Position numbers and translations under genes: made by a program. The notes beneath the pieces were generated by a model. That model saw only the letters and a program-made list of their open reading frames with translations, had not been told where the DNA came from and searched no databases. A stretch of DNA of 64,000 bases from Alphaproteobacteria bacterium (GTDB lineage: Bacteria > Pseudomonadota > Alphaproteobacteria > JAEULC01). How positions within the stretch are numbered: position 1 is the stretch's first letter; each line of letters opens with the position of its first letter. Shown here piece after piece: positions 49,004-58,342 of this stretch. Location: assembly GCA_020846275.1 (NCBI GenBank), contig JADLEG010000174.1, positions 3,979 to 67,978 on the forward strand, given 5' to 3'.

Positions 49004-49702
49004 CTAGGCGGATCCCGTGCCGCGCGATAGAAGGCTCTTGGTCGCGGCCTGGGCGGAGGGATCCAGCTGGCGTTCGAGATGGCGTCCCAGTAGCGACAGG
49101 CTGTAGCAGCACAGGAAATACACGACCGCAACAAATCCATAGATCACGTAGGACTGGTAGACGCGGTTGTTGACGTTGTTGGCTGCGCGAAAGAACTCGG
49201 TGACGCCGATGATATAGGCGAGCGAGGTGCCCATCACCAGCGCGACCAGGCGGTTGATGATCGCCGGCAGCATGTTGCGGAATGCCTGGGGCAGCACGAT
49301 GTACAGCATGGTCTGAAGATAGCGGAGGCCCGAGGAATAGGCCGCCTCGAACTGGGTGCGGTGGACCGACTGCAACCCCGCGCGGATCACCTCGGCCATG
49401 TAACTGGTATTGAACACGATCAGCGCGACCATCGCGGCGACCATCGCGCTCACGGGTTGGCCGGTCAGCAGCGGGATCAGAAAGAAAAACCAGAACATCA
49501 CCATGATCAACGGGATGGTCCGCATCACGTCGATGAACATCGCCGCCGGCACGCGGATGGCCGCGATCTTCGACACGCGCATCATCGCGAAGATCGTGCC
49601 GGTCAGGATGCTGGCGACCATGCTGACGATCGCCAGCAGAAACGTCACGCCGAGACCATGCAACATATAGGGCAGGTTGAGCGGTATGACGGAAAAATCC
49701 AT
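49004..49702 (-). CDS. polar amino-acid ABC transporter permease (His/Glu/Gln/Arg/opine family)
   Basis: 232 aa with an EAA loop. Confidence 0.8.
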   Translation of the reverse strand: MDFSVIPLNLPYMLHGLGVTFLLAIVSMVASILTGTIFAMMRVSKIAAIRVPAAMFIDVMRTIPLIMVMFWFFFLIPLLTGQPVSAMVAAMVALIVFNTSYMAEVIRAGLQSVHRTQFEAAYSSGLRYLQTMLYIVLPQAFRNMLPAIINRLVALVMGTSLAYIIGVTEFFRAANNVNNRVYQSYVIYGFVAVVYFLCCYSLSLLGRHLERQLDPSAQAATKSLLSRGTGSA

Positions 49703-49703
49703 G

Positions 49704-50360
49704 TCAGCCTCCGCGAACCTCTATCTTGAGCACCCGCTCGGCCCAGCGCATCAGCAACACGACGACGAAGGCGAGCGCGATATAGAGCAGCGTGACGGCC
49801 GTCGCCGCTTCGAAGCCGCGGAAGGTGCGCGACGCGATCTCCTGCGTCTGGAAGGTCAGCTCCATCACGCTGATGGTCATCGCCGCCGATGAATTCTTGA
49901 TGATGTTGATGAACTCGATGCTGAGTGCCGGCACGATGCGGATCACGGCCTGCGGGAAGACGATGTAGGACAGCATCTGCAGGAACCCCAGGCCCGACGA
50001 CCGCGCTGCCTCGATCTGGGTCTTGGAAATGGACTGCAGGCCCGAGCGCATCACCTCGGCTATGTAGGTGCTCTGGAACACGGAAAGGCCGATCACCGCG
50101 CCGACGAAGGAATCGAACCCCACGGCGAAGTACCAGAAGAAGAACTGCACGATCGGGGGGATGTTCCGGAAGAACTCCGTATAGGCAGCCAGCAACCAGC
50201 CAGCGGTGCCGCCCAGGAAATGCCGCCCGGCGCCGACGACGCTGCCGATCGCGAAGCTCAGCACCATTGAGATGAGCGACAGCTGGACGGTGAGAACCAG
50301 CCCCTCCCAAAGGAGCCACCGGTATTCGACCAGGACTTGCCAATCGAGATATTGCCCCAT
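49704..50360 (-). CDS. polar amino-acid ABC transporter permease
   Basis: 218 aa, paralogous to the downstream permease. Confidence 0.8.
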   Translation of the reverse strand: MGQYLDWQVLVEYRWLLWEGLVLTVQLSLISMVLSFAIGSVVGAGRHFLGGTAGWLLAAYTEFFRNIPPIVQFFFWYFAVGFDSFVGAVIGLSVFQSTYIAEVMRSGLQSISKTQIEAARSSGLGFLQMLSYIVFPQAVIRIVPALSIEFINIIKNSSAAMTISVMELTFQTQEIASRTFRGFEAATAVTLLYIALAFVVVLLMRWAERVLKIEVRGG

Positions 50361-50420
50361 CGCCGCTCCATTCGAATTTGCAGCCGCTGCCGCCGGTCCC
50401 TGGACCGGCGAAACCGCTGC

Positions 50421-51152
50421 TCAGGAATGAACCAGGATTCTGCTGAGAAATTTCCGCGTGCGCTCCTGCGTGGGGTACTCGAAAAAGCGGTCGGGCGGCG
50501 CTTCCTCGACGATCGTGCCCTGGTCCATGAAGACGATCCGGTCGGCAACGCGCCGGGCGAAGCCCATTTCATGGCTGACCACCACCATGGTCATGCCCTC
50601 TTTCGCGAGTGTCGTCATTACGTCGAGAACTTCCTGGATCATCTCGGGATCGAGCGCCGAGGTCGGCTCGTCGAACAGCATGATCTTGGGCCGCATCGCA
50701 AGCGCGCGCGCGATCGCCACGCGCTGCTGCTGGCCGCCCGAAAGCTGGCTCGAATATCGATCGGCCTTTTCGGCGATGCCGACCTTGGCTAGCAATTCGC
50801 GCGCACGCGCCTCGGCCTCGTGCCGCGACAGCTTGCGAACGAGCATCGGCGCCAGGGTGATGTTCCGCAGCGCCGTCATGTGCGGATAGAGGTTGAAGGA
50901 CTGGAATACGATGCCGATCTCGGCGCGCAGCCGGTTCAGATCGACGTTGTCGCCGGTCACGTTGATCCCGTCGACCACGATCTCGCCCGCCTGCACCGGC
51001 TCGAGCCGGTTGAGGCAGCGCAGCAGCGTGCTCTTGCCCGATCCGGAGGGGCCGCAGATCACCACCACCTCGCCGGCGGCGACGCGGAGCGAGACGTCCT
51101 TGAGGACCTGCAGGGCGCCGAAGAACTTGCAGACCCCGCGCATCTCGATCAT
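50421..51152 (-). CDS. polar amino-acid ABC transporter ATP-binding protein
   Basis: The start is taken at [30 protein letters not shown] and [10 protein letters not shown] motifs are present. The 48-codon N-extension in the track ORF does not resemble ABC ATPases. Confidence 0.8.
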   Translation of the reverse strand: MIEMRGVCKFFGALQVLKDVSLRVAAGEVVVICGPSGSGKSTLLRCLNRLEPVQAGEIVVDGINVTGDNVDLNRLRAEIGIVFQSFNLYPHMTALRNITLAPMLVRKLSRHEAEARARELLAKVGIAEKADRYSSQLSGGQQQRVAIARALAMRPKIMLFDEPTSALDPEMIQEVLDVMTTLAKEGMTMVVVSHEMGFARRVADRIVFMDQGTIVEEAPPDRFFEYPTQERTRKFLSRILVHS

Positions 51153-51278
51153 CCGAACGTCGCTCCCGCTCGAGGGCAACAGCAAACTGCCTCCCGCCGG
51201 ATCTGCAGCCTTCACGGCATCATTTCCAATTCCGGCGCGAGCATCCGGGCTCGCGACCCCGAAGCGCCACGCGGTCAA

Positions 51279-51305
51279 GCGGGCACGGCATCGCACCGTG
51301 CCCGC
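51279..51305 (-). other. Intercistronic stem-loop between the binding-protein and ATPase genes (10-bp perfect stem GCGGGCACGG / CCGTGCCCGC, 7-nt loop)
   Basis: Read directly from the sequence, in the 164-nt gap after the binding-protein gene. Confidence 0.35.
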
Positions 51306-51316
51306 TGGTCGCCAAC

Positions 51317-52132
51317 CTAGTAGGTCCAGCTGTAGATCGTGAACTTCGGGTTCGGCTCCTCGCCGAAATACTCACGGTAGAGCTTCTTGTACGTGCCATC
51401 CTGCCAGGCATCGATCAGCGCGAAATTGATCTCGTTGCGCCAAACCGGATCGTTCAGACGAACGGCAATACCGAGGGGCGAGGGCGGCGCGGCCTCGCCC
51501 ACGGCCTCCAGTTCCTTGTGTTCCTTCGCGAACACCACGATCGGCGCGCCGTCGTCGACATAGGCGTCGGCGCGACCCTGTTGCACGGCAATCACCGCCT
51601 GCGGCTTGTCCTGGAATACCAGGGTCTTGGCTGCGGGCTGCTCGCGCTTGATCGCGTCGCCCCAGGGCGTTCCCTGCGTATAGGTGATCGTCTTGCCGGC
51701 CAAGTCGGCGTAGCCCTTTATGCCGCTGCCTTTCTTCACCAGGAATTTGGTCTCGCCCAGAACATAGGGAACCGTGAAGTCGACGGCCTTCACGCGGTCC
51801 TTGGTGATCCCCATGGACGCGCAGACGACGTCGACCGCCTTGCTCTGTAGCATCGGAATGCGATTGGCGCTCGACACCGGCTTGAGCTCGAGCTTCACGC
51901 CAAGCCGTTTTGCCAGGTATTTCATCATTTCGATGTCGAAGCCGACCACGTTTCCGCCCTGGTCCACATAGCCGAACGGCGGATAGTCGCTCTTGACGCC
52001 GGCGATCAGCGTTCCCCGCTGCTTGACGGCGTCCAGCGTCGACTCCTGGGCTACCGCACTGCTCGGAACGAGTGCGGCAATGCCCATCGACAGGGCCGCT
52101 ATTCCTATGGCGGCGCAGATTTTGTCCATCAT
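51317..52132 (-). CDS. amino-acid ABC transporter substrate-binding protein (family 3)
   Basis: Signal peptide and the SBP_bac_3 pattern ([13 protein letters not shown]). Confidence 0.8.
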   Translation of the reverse strand: MMDKICAAIGIAALSMGIAALVPSSAVAQESTLDAVKQRGTLIAGVKSDYPPFGYVDQGGNVVGFDIEMMKYLAKRLGVKLELKPVSSANRIPMLQSKAVDVVCASMGITKDRVKAVDFTVPYVLGETKFLVKKGSGIKGYADLAGKTITYTQGTPWGDAIKREQPAAKTLVFQDKPQAVIAVQQGRADAYVDDGAPIVVFAKEHKELEAVGEAAPPSPLGIAVRLNDPVWRNEINFALIDAWQDGTYKKLYREYFGEEPNPKFTIYSWTY

Positions 52133-52238
52133 CGTCAGTCTCCCCGGTGCCCCTTATTTTTCCTAGCTTGCAGGCTATTGAAGCGGTGTGAGCCTGTCAA
52201 CATTGCAAGGTGAAAAGTTATGATGTTATAAGTTTGAG

Positions 52239-52958
52239 ATGTCCGATCGTCCGCTCTACCGAATGGTGGCCGAGCAGATCGAGGCCCGTATCGTCGAGAG
52301 CGGGTCCGGTCCGGGAACCCTGCTTCCGACCGAATCCGTGCTGGAGCAGGAGTACAACGTCAGCCGCATCACCATTCGCCAGGCGCTGGGCCTGCTGAAG
52401 CGCCGCGGATTGCTTGGGTCGCGCTCGGGGCTGGGCACTTTCGTGCGGCCGGGCGCCAAGGACCAGCCGGGCATGCGCTTCACCGGCTCGCTCAGCGAGA
52501 TCGTCTACTATGCTGCCGCCACCCGCTACACGCCGGCGCGGCGCGAACTTGTCGTGCCGCCGGCCGACGTGGCCGAGTATTTGAAGACGCCGAAGGGCGA
52601 GAAGGCATACTGCTTCAGCGGCAGGCGCGGCTGGCCCGGGCATGCGGACTTTTGCCTAGAGCAAATCTACGTGCCGCAACGCTTCGGCGAGCACCTGGAC
52701 AACAGCCGGCTGAACGGTTCGCCGCTGTTCGTTCAGCTCGAGAAGCGCAATCAGGTGAAGATCACCGAGGTCGAGCAGGTCATCACCGCGGTGACCGCGG
52801 GCGCCGACCTCGCCCGCAAGCTTAAGATCCAGCCGCGCGCGGCGGTCCTGAAGGCGATCCGGGTCTATCGCCTGCTCGACCGGCGCGTTGCCGAAATCTC
52901 GGTCACGCACTACGTGCCCGCCAAGTTCAGCTACATGATGAACCTGTTCCTGGAATAG
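52239..52958 (+). CDS. GntR-family transcriptional regulator (HutC subfamily, UTRA effector domain)
   Basis: HTH LPTESVLEQEYNVSRITIRQAL. Divergent from the amino-acid ABC operon and upstream of the AtuA-like cassette. Confidence 0.8.
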   Translation: MSDRPLYRMVAEQIEARIVESGSGPGTLLPTESVLEQEYNVSRITIRQALGLLKRRGLLGSRSGLGTFVRPGAKDQPGMRFTGSLSEIVYYAAATRYTPARRELVVPPADVAEYLKTPKGEKAYCFSGRRGWPGHADFCLEQIYVPQRFGEHLDNSRLNGSPLFVQLEKRNQVKITEVEQVITAVTAGADLARKLKIQPRAAVLKAIRVYRLLDRRVAEISVTHYVPAKFSYMMNLFLE

Positions 52959-53001
52959 CGCGGCGCGCCGCCGCGTCCTTGCCCCGCAACGGAGAGACTC
53001 C

Positions 53002-54351
53002 ATGAAACCGATTACGATCCTTGCCCCCACAGGCTCACTTGGCTATGGCTTCGACACCGACGCGCTGGATCGCGCGATGAAGCAGAAACCGGCCGCCATC
53101 ACGGTCGACGCGGGTTCGACGGATCCGGGGCCGCACTACCTGGGCAGCGGCGAGATGCTGGTGCCGCGGGTCGCGGTCGAGCGCGAACTCGAGCAATGCC
53201 TGCGCCATGCGATCCGCAACCGCATTCCGCTGATCGTCGGCAGCTGCGGCGCCAGCGGCAGCGATCCGGGCGTCGCCTGGACGCGCGAAATCGTGCTCGA
53301 CCTCGCCAAGAAGAACAATTGGCATTTCAAGCTGGCCACCATCGGGGCCGAGGTGCCAGCCGACACGGTGGTGAAGGGCCTGCGCTCGGGCAAGCTGTTC
53401 GACTTCGAGGCCGGCGCGCTGCCGTCCGAGGACGAAATCAGGTCGTCCAGCCGCATCGTCGCGCAGATGGGTCCAGAGCCGATCATCAAGGCCCTGGAGC
53501 AGGGCGCCCAGGTCGTGCTGGCCGGCCGCGCCTGCGACGACGCCGTTGTGGCCGCGTTGCCGCTGCACCTGGGCTACGACCCCGGCCTGGCGCTGCACAT
53601 GGGAAAAATCCTGGAATGCGGCGCGCTGTGCGCCGAGCCGATGTCGATGGACGTGATGCTGGGGACGCTCGACGATACTGGCTTCGTGGTAGAGCCGGGA
53701 CGCCTCGGCCAGCGCTGCACGGTCGCCTCGGTCGCCGGGCATTCGCTCTACGAGCGGGAAGACCCGTACCGCCAGCGCGGCCCGGGCCACCTGATCGACA
53801 TGACGGGAACGCAGTTCGACCAGGTTGACGACCGCCGGGTCAAGGTCCGCGGCACCCGCTACACGGAGGAGAAACCGTACCGGGTGAAGCTGGAAGGCGC
53901 GCGGTTGATGGGCTATCGCAGCATCTGCATTGCTGGCGTCCGCTGCCCGGTGATGATCAGCAAGCTGGACGAAATCCTGGCCGCCAACCGCGCCTATGTG
54001 GAGGACTACTTCAAGACCAACGAGCCCTACCACCTGACCTTCCACACCTATGGCAAGAACGCGGTGATGGGCGAGCTCGAGACCCACAAGGGCAAGCCGT
54101 CGCACGAGCTGGGCCTGGTGACGGAGGTGGTCGCGCCCACCCAGGAACAGGCCCACGCCATCTGCCACGTGGCCACAGGGAAGCTGCTGCACCAGCCATT
54201 CGAGGGAATCAAGAACAACGCCGGAAGCCTGGCCTTCCTCTATTCGCCGTCGGACACCGACATGGGTCCGTCCTATGAATTCTCGGTCTACCACCTGCTC
54301 GAGGTGGAGGACGAATGTGCGTTGTTCCCGATCAAGATGGAGACGGTGTGA
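53002..54351 (+). CDS. AtuA-like protein (DUF1446, acyclic terpene utilisation AtuA family)
   Basis: 449 aa. The family assignment is from memory of the DUF1446 pattern. It is immediately followed by a DUF4387-like ORF whose start overlaps its stop by 1 nt, as is typical of AtuA-DUF4387 pairs. Confidence 0.5.
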   Translation: MKPITILAPTGSLGYGFDTDALDRAMKQKPAAITVDAGSTDPGPHYLGSGEMLVPRVAVERELEQCLRHAIRNRIPLIVGSCGASGSDPGVAWTREIVLDLAKKNNWHFKLATIGAEVPADTVVKGLRSGKLFDFEAGALPSEDEIRSSSRIVAQMGPEPIIKALEQGAQVVLAGRACDDAVVAALPLHLGYDPGLALHMGKILECGALCAEPMSMDVMLGTLDDTGFVVEPGRLGQRCTVASVAGHSLYEREDPYRQRGPGHLIDMTGTQFDQVDDRRVKVRGTRYTEEKPYRVKLEGARLMGYRSICIAGVRCPVMISKLDEILAANRAYVEDYFKTNEPYHLTFHTYGKNAVMGELETHKGKPSHELGLVTEVVAPTQEQAHAICHVATGKLLHQPFEGIKNNAGSLAFLYSPSDTDMGPSYEFSVYHLLEVEDECALFPIKMETV

Positions 54352-54662
54352 TGCCCAAGCTCGGCGAACTTGCCAAAGTCGTGCGCAGCAAGAACGCAAA
54401 GCCGTTCCGCACCACCTTCGACATCATCTTCAGCGACTCCGCCACCTACAACCGCGTCGTCAACCAGAAGGTGGTGACGCCGGAGTCGATCGCCAAGCTG
54501 TACAACGTCGATCGCGACCGGATCACCTCGTTCTTCGAGTTTCCGGCCGGCCTTGCGATCAAGTTCACCTTCCGGCGGATGATCAAGCAGGGGTCGATCG
54601 GCGACGCCGACATTTACGGCTGTGGCCAGCACGCACCGCTGCTCGACATCGAGGTTGCCTGA
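54351..54662 (+). CDS. DUF4387 domain protein (AtuA-associated small protein)
   Basis: 103 aa from MPKLGELAKVVRSKNAKPFRTTFDIIF. The RSKNA-PF motif matches DUF4387 as I recall it. The track ORF 54315-54662 adds 12 spurious codons. Confidence 0.5.
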   Translation: MPKLGELAKVVRSKNAKPFRTTFDIIFSDSATYNRVVNQKVVTPESIAKLYNVDRDRITSFFEFPAGLAIKFTFRRMIKQGSIGDADIYGCGQHAPLLDIEVA

Positions 54663-54683
54663 GCCGGCAAAGGAGACGCAAAC

Positions 54684-55991
54684 ATGAAGCGCGACGAAAT
54701 CGTAGCAAAAGCCAAGGACTATATGGTCCGGACCACCCTTCTGTCGGACATCGTGCCGGCCGAGGAGGGACCGGTGATCGCCCGCGCCGAAGGAAGTCTC
54801 AGCTTCGACACCGAGGGAAACTCCTACCTGGACTTCAACTCGGGGCAGATGTGCTCGACGCTCGGGCACAACAACCCGCGAATCCAGAAGGTGATCGAGC
54901 AGCAGAGCAAGGTGCTGACCCACGCCAGCACGGTCTACTACAACATGCCGCAGGTGGAACTCGCCGAGCGGCTGGCGTCGATCAATGACCCGCCGCTGCG
55001 CAAGTCCGTGTTCGGCGAATCGGGATCGGACTCGAACGAAGTCGCCGTGTTGCTGGCGCGTCGGGCAACCGGCCGGCTGGCCGTCGGGGCCCTCACTCAG
55101 GGCTTCCACGGGCTCAGCGATTCGACGCGCGCGATCAGCTACTCGGCGGCGACCGCCGGCTATGGCCCGCCGATGCCCGAGGTGTTCGCCCTGCCGACGC
55201 CCTATTGCTATCGCTGCCCGTATAAGACGGACGGCAAGGGATGCTGCATGGCGCCGCTTCATTTCGGCATGGAGACGCTGGACCGGCAATCGGCCGGGGC
55301 CCCGGCCGCCGTTATCGTCGAGCCGATCGTCAGCGCCGGCGGCGTGATCGAGCTGCCGGTCGAGTACCTGCAGGGCTTGCGCAAGGAGCTGGACAAGCGC
55401 GGCGCGTTGCTGATCTACGACGAGGCGCAGACCGGCATGGGCAAGCTGGGCAAGATGTTCGCCTATCAGGTCTATGGCGTTCGCCCCGATGTGCTGACCG
55501 TCTCCAAGCACCTGGGCGGCGGGCTCGCGGTCAGCGCCGCGATCACCACCGACGACGTGGCCGAGCGTGCGAGCAAGTACGGCTTCTCCACCGGGCATTC
55601 GCATAGCTCGGATCCGTTGGCCTGCGCCGCCGGCGTCGCCAGCATCGACGAGATCGTCGAGAAGGACCTGCCGAAGCGAGCCATCGAAATCGGCGAGCAC
55701 TGGCAGTCCAACATGCGCGCGTTGGCCCAGCGCTACGAACTGGTGGGCGACATCCGCGGGCGTGGCCTGTTGCAGGGCATCGAATTGGTGAAGGACCGAT
55801 TCACGAAGGAGCCGGCGACTCAGGTCGCCGCCGATGTGTACCGCTACAGCCTGTCGCACGGTCTGATGTTCTCGGTGCGCGGCAAGTTCAAGAACGTGCT
55901 CCGGTTTGTTCCTCCCTTTACCACCACCAACGCGCAGCTCGATCAGGCGGCCGAAATCCTCGAATCGGGGCTACGAAGAGCCAAGGGATGA
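54684..55991 (+). CDS. class-III (omega) aminotransferase, PLP-dependent
   Basis: IYDEAQTGMGKLGKMFA plus SKHLGGG (PLP lysine); 435 aa. Confidence 0.85.
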   Translation: MKRDEIVAKAKDYMVRTTLLSDIVPAEEGPVIARAEGSLSFDTEGNSYLDFNSGQMCSTLGHNNPRIQKVIEQQSKVLTHASTVYYNMPQVELAERLASINDPPLRKSVFGESGSDSNEVAVLLARRATGRLAVGALTQGFHGLSDSTRAISYSAATAGYGPPMPEVFALPTPYCYRCPYKTDGKGCCMAPLHFGMETLDRQSAGAPAAVIVEPIVSAGGVIELPVEYLQGLRKELDKRGALLIYDEAQTGMGKLGKMFAYQVYGVRPDVLTVSKHLGGGLAVSAAITTDDVAERASKYGFSTGHSHSSDPLACAAGVASIDEIVEKDLPKRAIEIGEHWQSNMRALAQRYELVGDIRGRGLLQGIELVKDRFTKEPATQVAADVYRYSLSHGLMFSVRGKFKNVLRFVPPFTTTNAQLDQAAEILESGLRRAKG

Positions 55992-56068
55992 GGCCGGCAC
56001 GCAACTTCGCGCGTCGCCTCCTGCTCGGCCGGATGGAAGGTACCTGAGCGCCGTATTTCTGGGCTTGC

Positions 56069-56941
56069 TCACTTCAGCCCGTGGTTGCCCGCATAGCCCG
56101 CGCGCGGCGGCGATGACCAGCCTTTCAGCGCCGCCGGGTCGGGGCGGAGCACCTCGACCTTGAGCGGGTAGCAGGCGGCCGCGTCCCCGGATTTCGACGA
56201 GCCGCAATCGCCGCCGGGACAGGCCGACAGCCCGCCCAGAAGATCGATTTCGGCAAAGAACTCGATGAAGTCGCCGGGGCGCACGGGGCTCGCCTTCATG
56301 AAGTACTGGCCGGTGTCGCGGGTGAAGCCCGTGCACATGAACACGTTCATGACGTCGTGGACATGCGGCTCGGCCTCGGCGGCGGAAAGCCCGCGGCCCT
56401 TCATCAGGGCGCGCGTCAGGTTCGAATGGCAATAGCAGTCGTAGCTGGTGCCCGTGAGCATGCCGTTGGTGTAGGGATCGCAGCGCGTGCCGATGACGTC
56501 GTGGATGCCCCCGCCGTCCTTGTCGAAGCCGTACCAGCCCAGCGTGTCGTGGGTGATGGTGGCCATCGGCCGCAGATAGGGCATGTTGCTCCACAATTTG
56601 TTGCCCGTCGTCACATGCGTCGCATGGAGCTGGCGCGTCTTGCCGGAGAAGAAGCGCTCCTTCAGGTCCTTGGCGTTCCACAGGTTGAGGTCGCCGACCT
56701 GCGGCCCCTCGACCGATAGGATGCGGAAGACATGCCCGGCCGGCACCTCGAAGCTGCGGCCGTCGCGCGGCGGCACGATCACTTCGTCGATTTTCGTGAG
56801 ATTGGACCTCACCCGCTCGTAGAAGCCGGTGTCGATCGGCGGCAGCTTGTCGACCTGGTAGGCGATGACCACAGGCGCGGCGCGGCGCTTGTCGGCGTCG
56901 GTCGGCGCCGGAACGGGGGCAAGAAGCGACACGGGGGGCAC
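56069..56941 (-). CDS. DUF1989 domain protein (urea-carboxylase-associated family)
   Basis: The conserved region runs from YERVRSNL to GDCGSSKSG. The start is taken at GTG 56941; the alternative is 56932. The track ORF runs on to 57862 through non-homologous sequence. Confidence 0.55.
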   Translation of the reverse strand: MPPVSLLAPVPAPTDADKRRAAPVVIAYQVDKLPPIDTGFYERVRSNLTKIDEVIVPPRDGRSFEVPAGHVFRILSVEGPQVGDLNLWNAKDLKERFFSGKTRQLHATHVTTGNKLWSNMPYLRPMATITHDTLGWYGFDKDGGGIHDVIGTRCDPYTNGMLTGTSYDCYCHSNLTRALMKGRGLSAAEAEPHVHDVMNVFMCTGFTRDTGQYFMKASPVRPGDFIEFFAEIDLLGGLSACPGGDCGSSKSGDAAACYPLKVEVLRPDPAALKGWSSPPRAGYAGNHGLK

Positions 56942-57045
56942 TCCGATGGATGTTGAGGGACGGGGATGAGCCAGGGCTCGGCAACTCGCCGCGTTATGCG
57001 CCGGCTCGCGCGCTCGCGCAGCATTACCCGAGGCCCGGCCGTTAC

Positions 57046-57810
57046 TTACCGCGTCGCCGCCCGTCCCGACAAGCGCTCGCCCAGGGCGTTCGCGGCTTCG
57101 CGGAGCGCGGCGACGAGGGTCGCGGTCGAGTATTGCTCCAGACGCTGGGAAACGCCGACCAGGCCAACGCTGTAAAAGATGCCGCCGGGGACCGGGATAG
57201 GACAGGCGTAGCTCGAAACGCCCGGGTCCAATTCGTCGAGGCAGGCGGCGTATCCTGCCTTGCGAACCTGCGCCAGTTCGGCCAGCACCTTCTTCTTCGA
57301 CGTGATCGACTTGGGCGTGAAGGTAACCAGCGGCCGCTGCAGCGCCTGTCCGAGGAATTCCTTGTCCTGGAAGGCGAAGATCGCCTTGGCCGACGCCGCG
57401 GCGTGCAGCGGCATGACCCGGCCCGGCTGCACGTAGGAATGACGCTCGAATTCGGGAAGCACCATCGCGATCGACTCGACTTCGTCGCCCTCGAGCTTGG
57501 CGACGAAGGCGGTCTCGGCGAAGCGCTCGACCAGGCTCTTCAGCACGGGGCGCGCCAATTCGGCCACTAGTTCGCGCGGCGTACGCAGATGCAGGAGGCG
57601 GAGAAGGCGATGGCCGAGAACGTATATCCTCCGGTTCTGGCTGGCGTTGATGTAGCCGACGCGCAGTAGCGCGCCGATCAGGCGATGCGCCGTGCCCTGG
57701 GGTAGCCCGGTCTTGCGTGCGATCTCGGCGAAGGCGAGACCGTCCGGGCTTTCCGCCACAGCGTCGAGCACTCGCGCGTAGCGACCAAGGATGCCTTTGT
57801 CTGCCGTCAC
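57046..57810 (-). CDS. IclR-family transcriptional regulator
   Basis: wHTH FAEIARKTGLPQGTAHRLIGAL and an IclR C-terminal domain. Confidence 0.8.
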   Translation of the reverse strand: MTADKGILGRYARVLDAVAESPDGLAFAEIARKTGLPQGTAHRLIGALLRVGYINASQNRRIYVLGHRLLRLLHLRTPRELVAELARPVLKSLVERFAETAFVAKLEGDEVESIAMVLPEFERHSYVQPGRVMPLHAAASAKAIFAFQDKEFLGQALQRPLVTFTPKSITSKKKVLAELAQVRKAGYAACLDELDPGVSSYACPIPVPGGIFYSVGLVGVSQRLEQYSTATLVAALREAANALGERLSGRAATR

Positions 57811-57959
57811 GACCTATGCCTTCCCGCAGGCCGCATCGGCCGACTTCGCCGGGCGGTCCCATCCGTCCGCGCGGGGCGTGCGGCTCATGGACGCACCCGG
57901 CACGGCTTGACTTCGTCGAGGACGAATCCTAGCATTTTCTGTGAATGGAATAAAGTTCC

Positions 57960-58342
57960 GTGTTTCGGAAGTCGGCAACGATGTCGGCCTGCATGCGGTT
58001 CAAGCCCAATTCGCCATACGCCCGCGACATCGGGAGCGTCATCCCCCGGTTCAGGAAGCGCCTCGAAGCGCTTGACGGCCTTTCGCTGGTCGACGAGGTG
58101 CGCACGGCCCGCCTGATCGGGTCATCGACCTGGTCGCCGACAAGAAGAGCCGGATCGGTTTCGAGCCGGCGCGCAAGCTGGGCGCTTGGGCGATGAACCA
58201 GGCCGCCGACTACGGCCCGATCATGCGGGCGCTGGTCAAGGGCACGATCGCGCGCTGCCCGCCGCCCATCATCGCCGACGAGCTGTTCGCCCGCTTCGAA
58301 CGCGCGCTCGACGCCGTGGCCCGCGCCGTCGCCGATGGCTGA
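57960..58342 (+). pseudogene. Possible frameshifted small ORF (~127 codons) directly upstream of hyuA, or a sequencing error in a G-run
   Basis: Frame A (57960-58196) and frame B (ending at 58342) read continuously sense across 58118-58126 (…TARLIG | VIDLVADKKSRIGFEPARKLGAWAMNQ…). Inserting one nt after the GG run restores the frame. Confidence 0.3.

Noticed and set aside
54275-54988. 237-aa plus-strand ORF spanning the DUF4387 and aminotransferase genes
   Set aside because: It is out of frame with both well-supported genes and its translation is low-complexity (R/A/G-rich).
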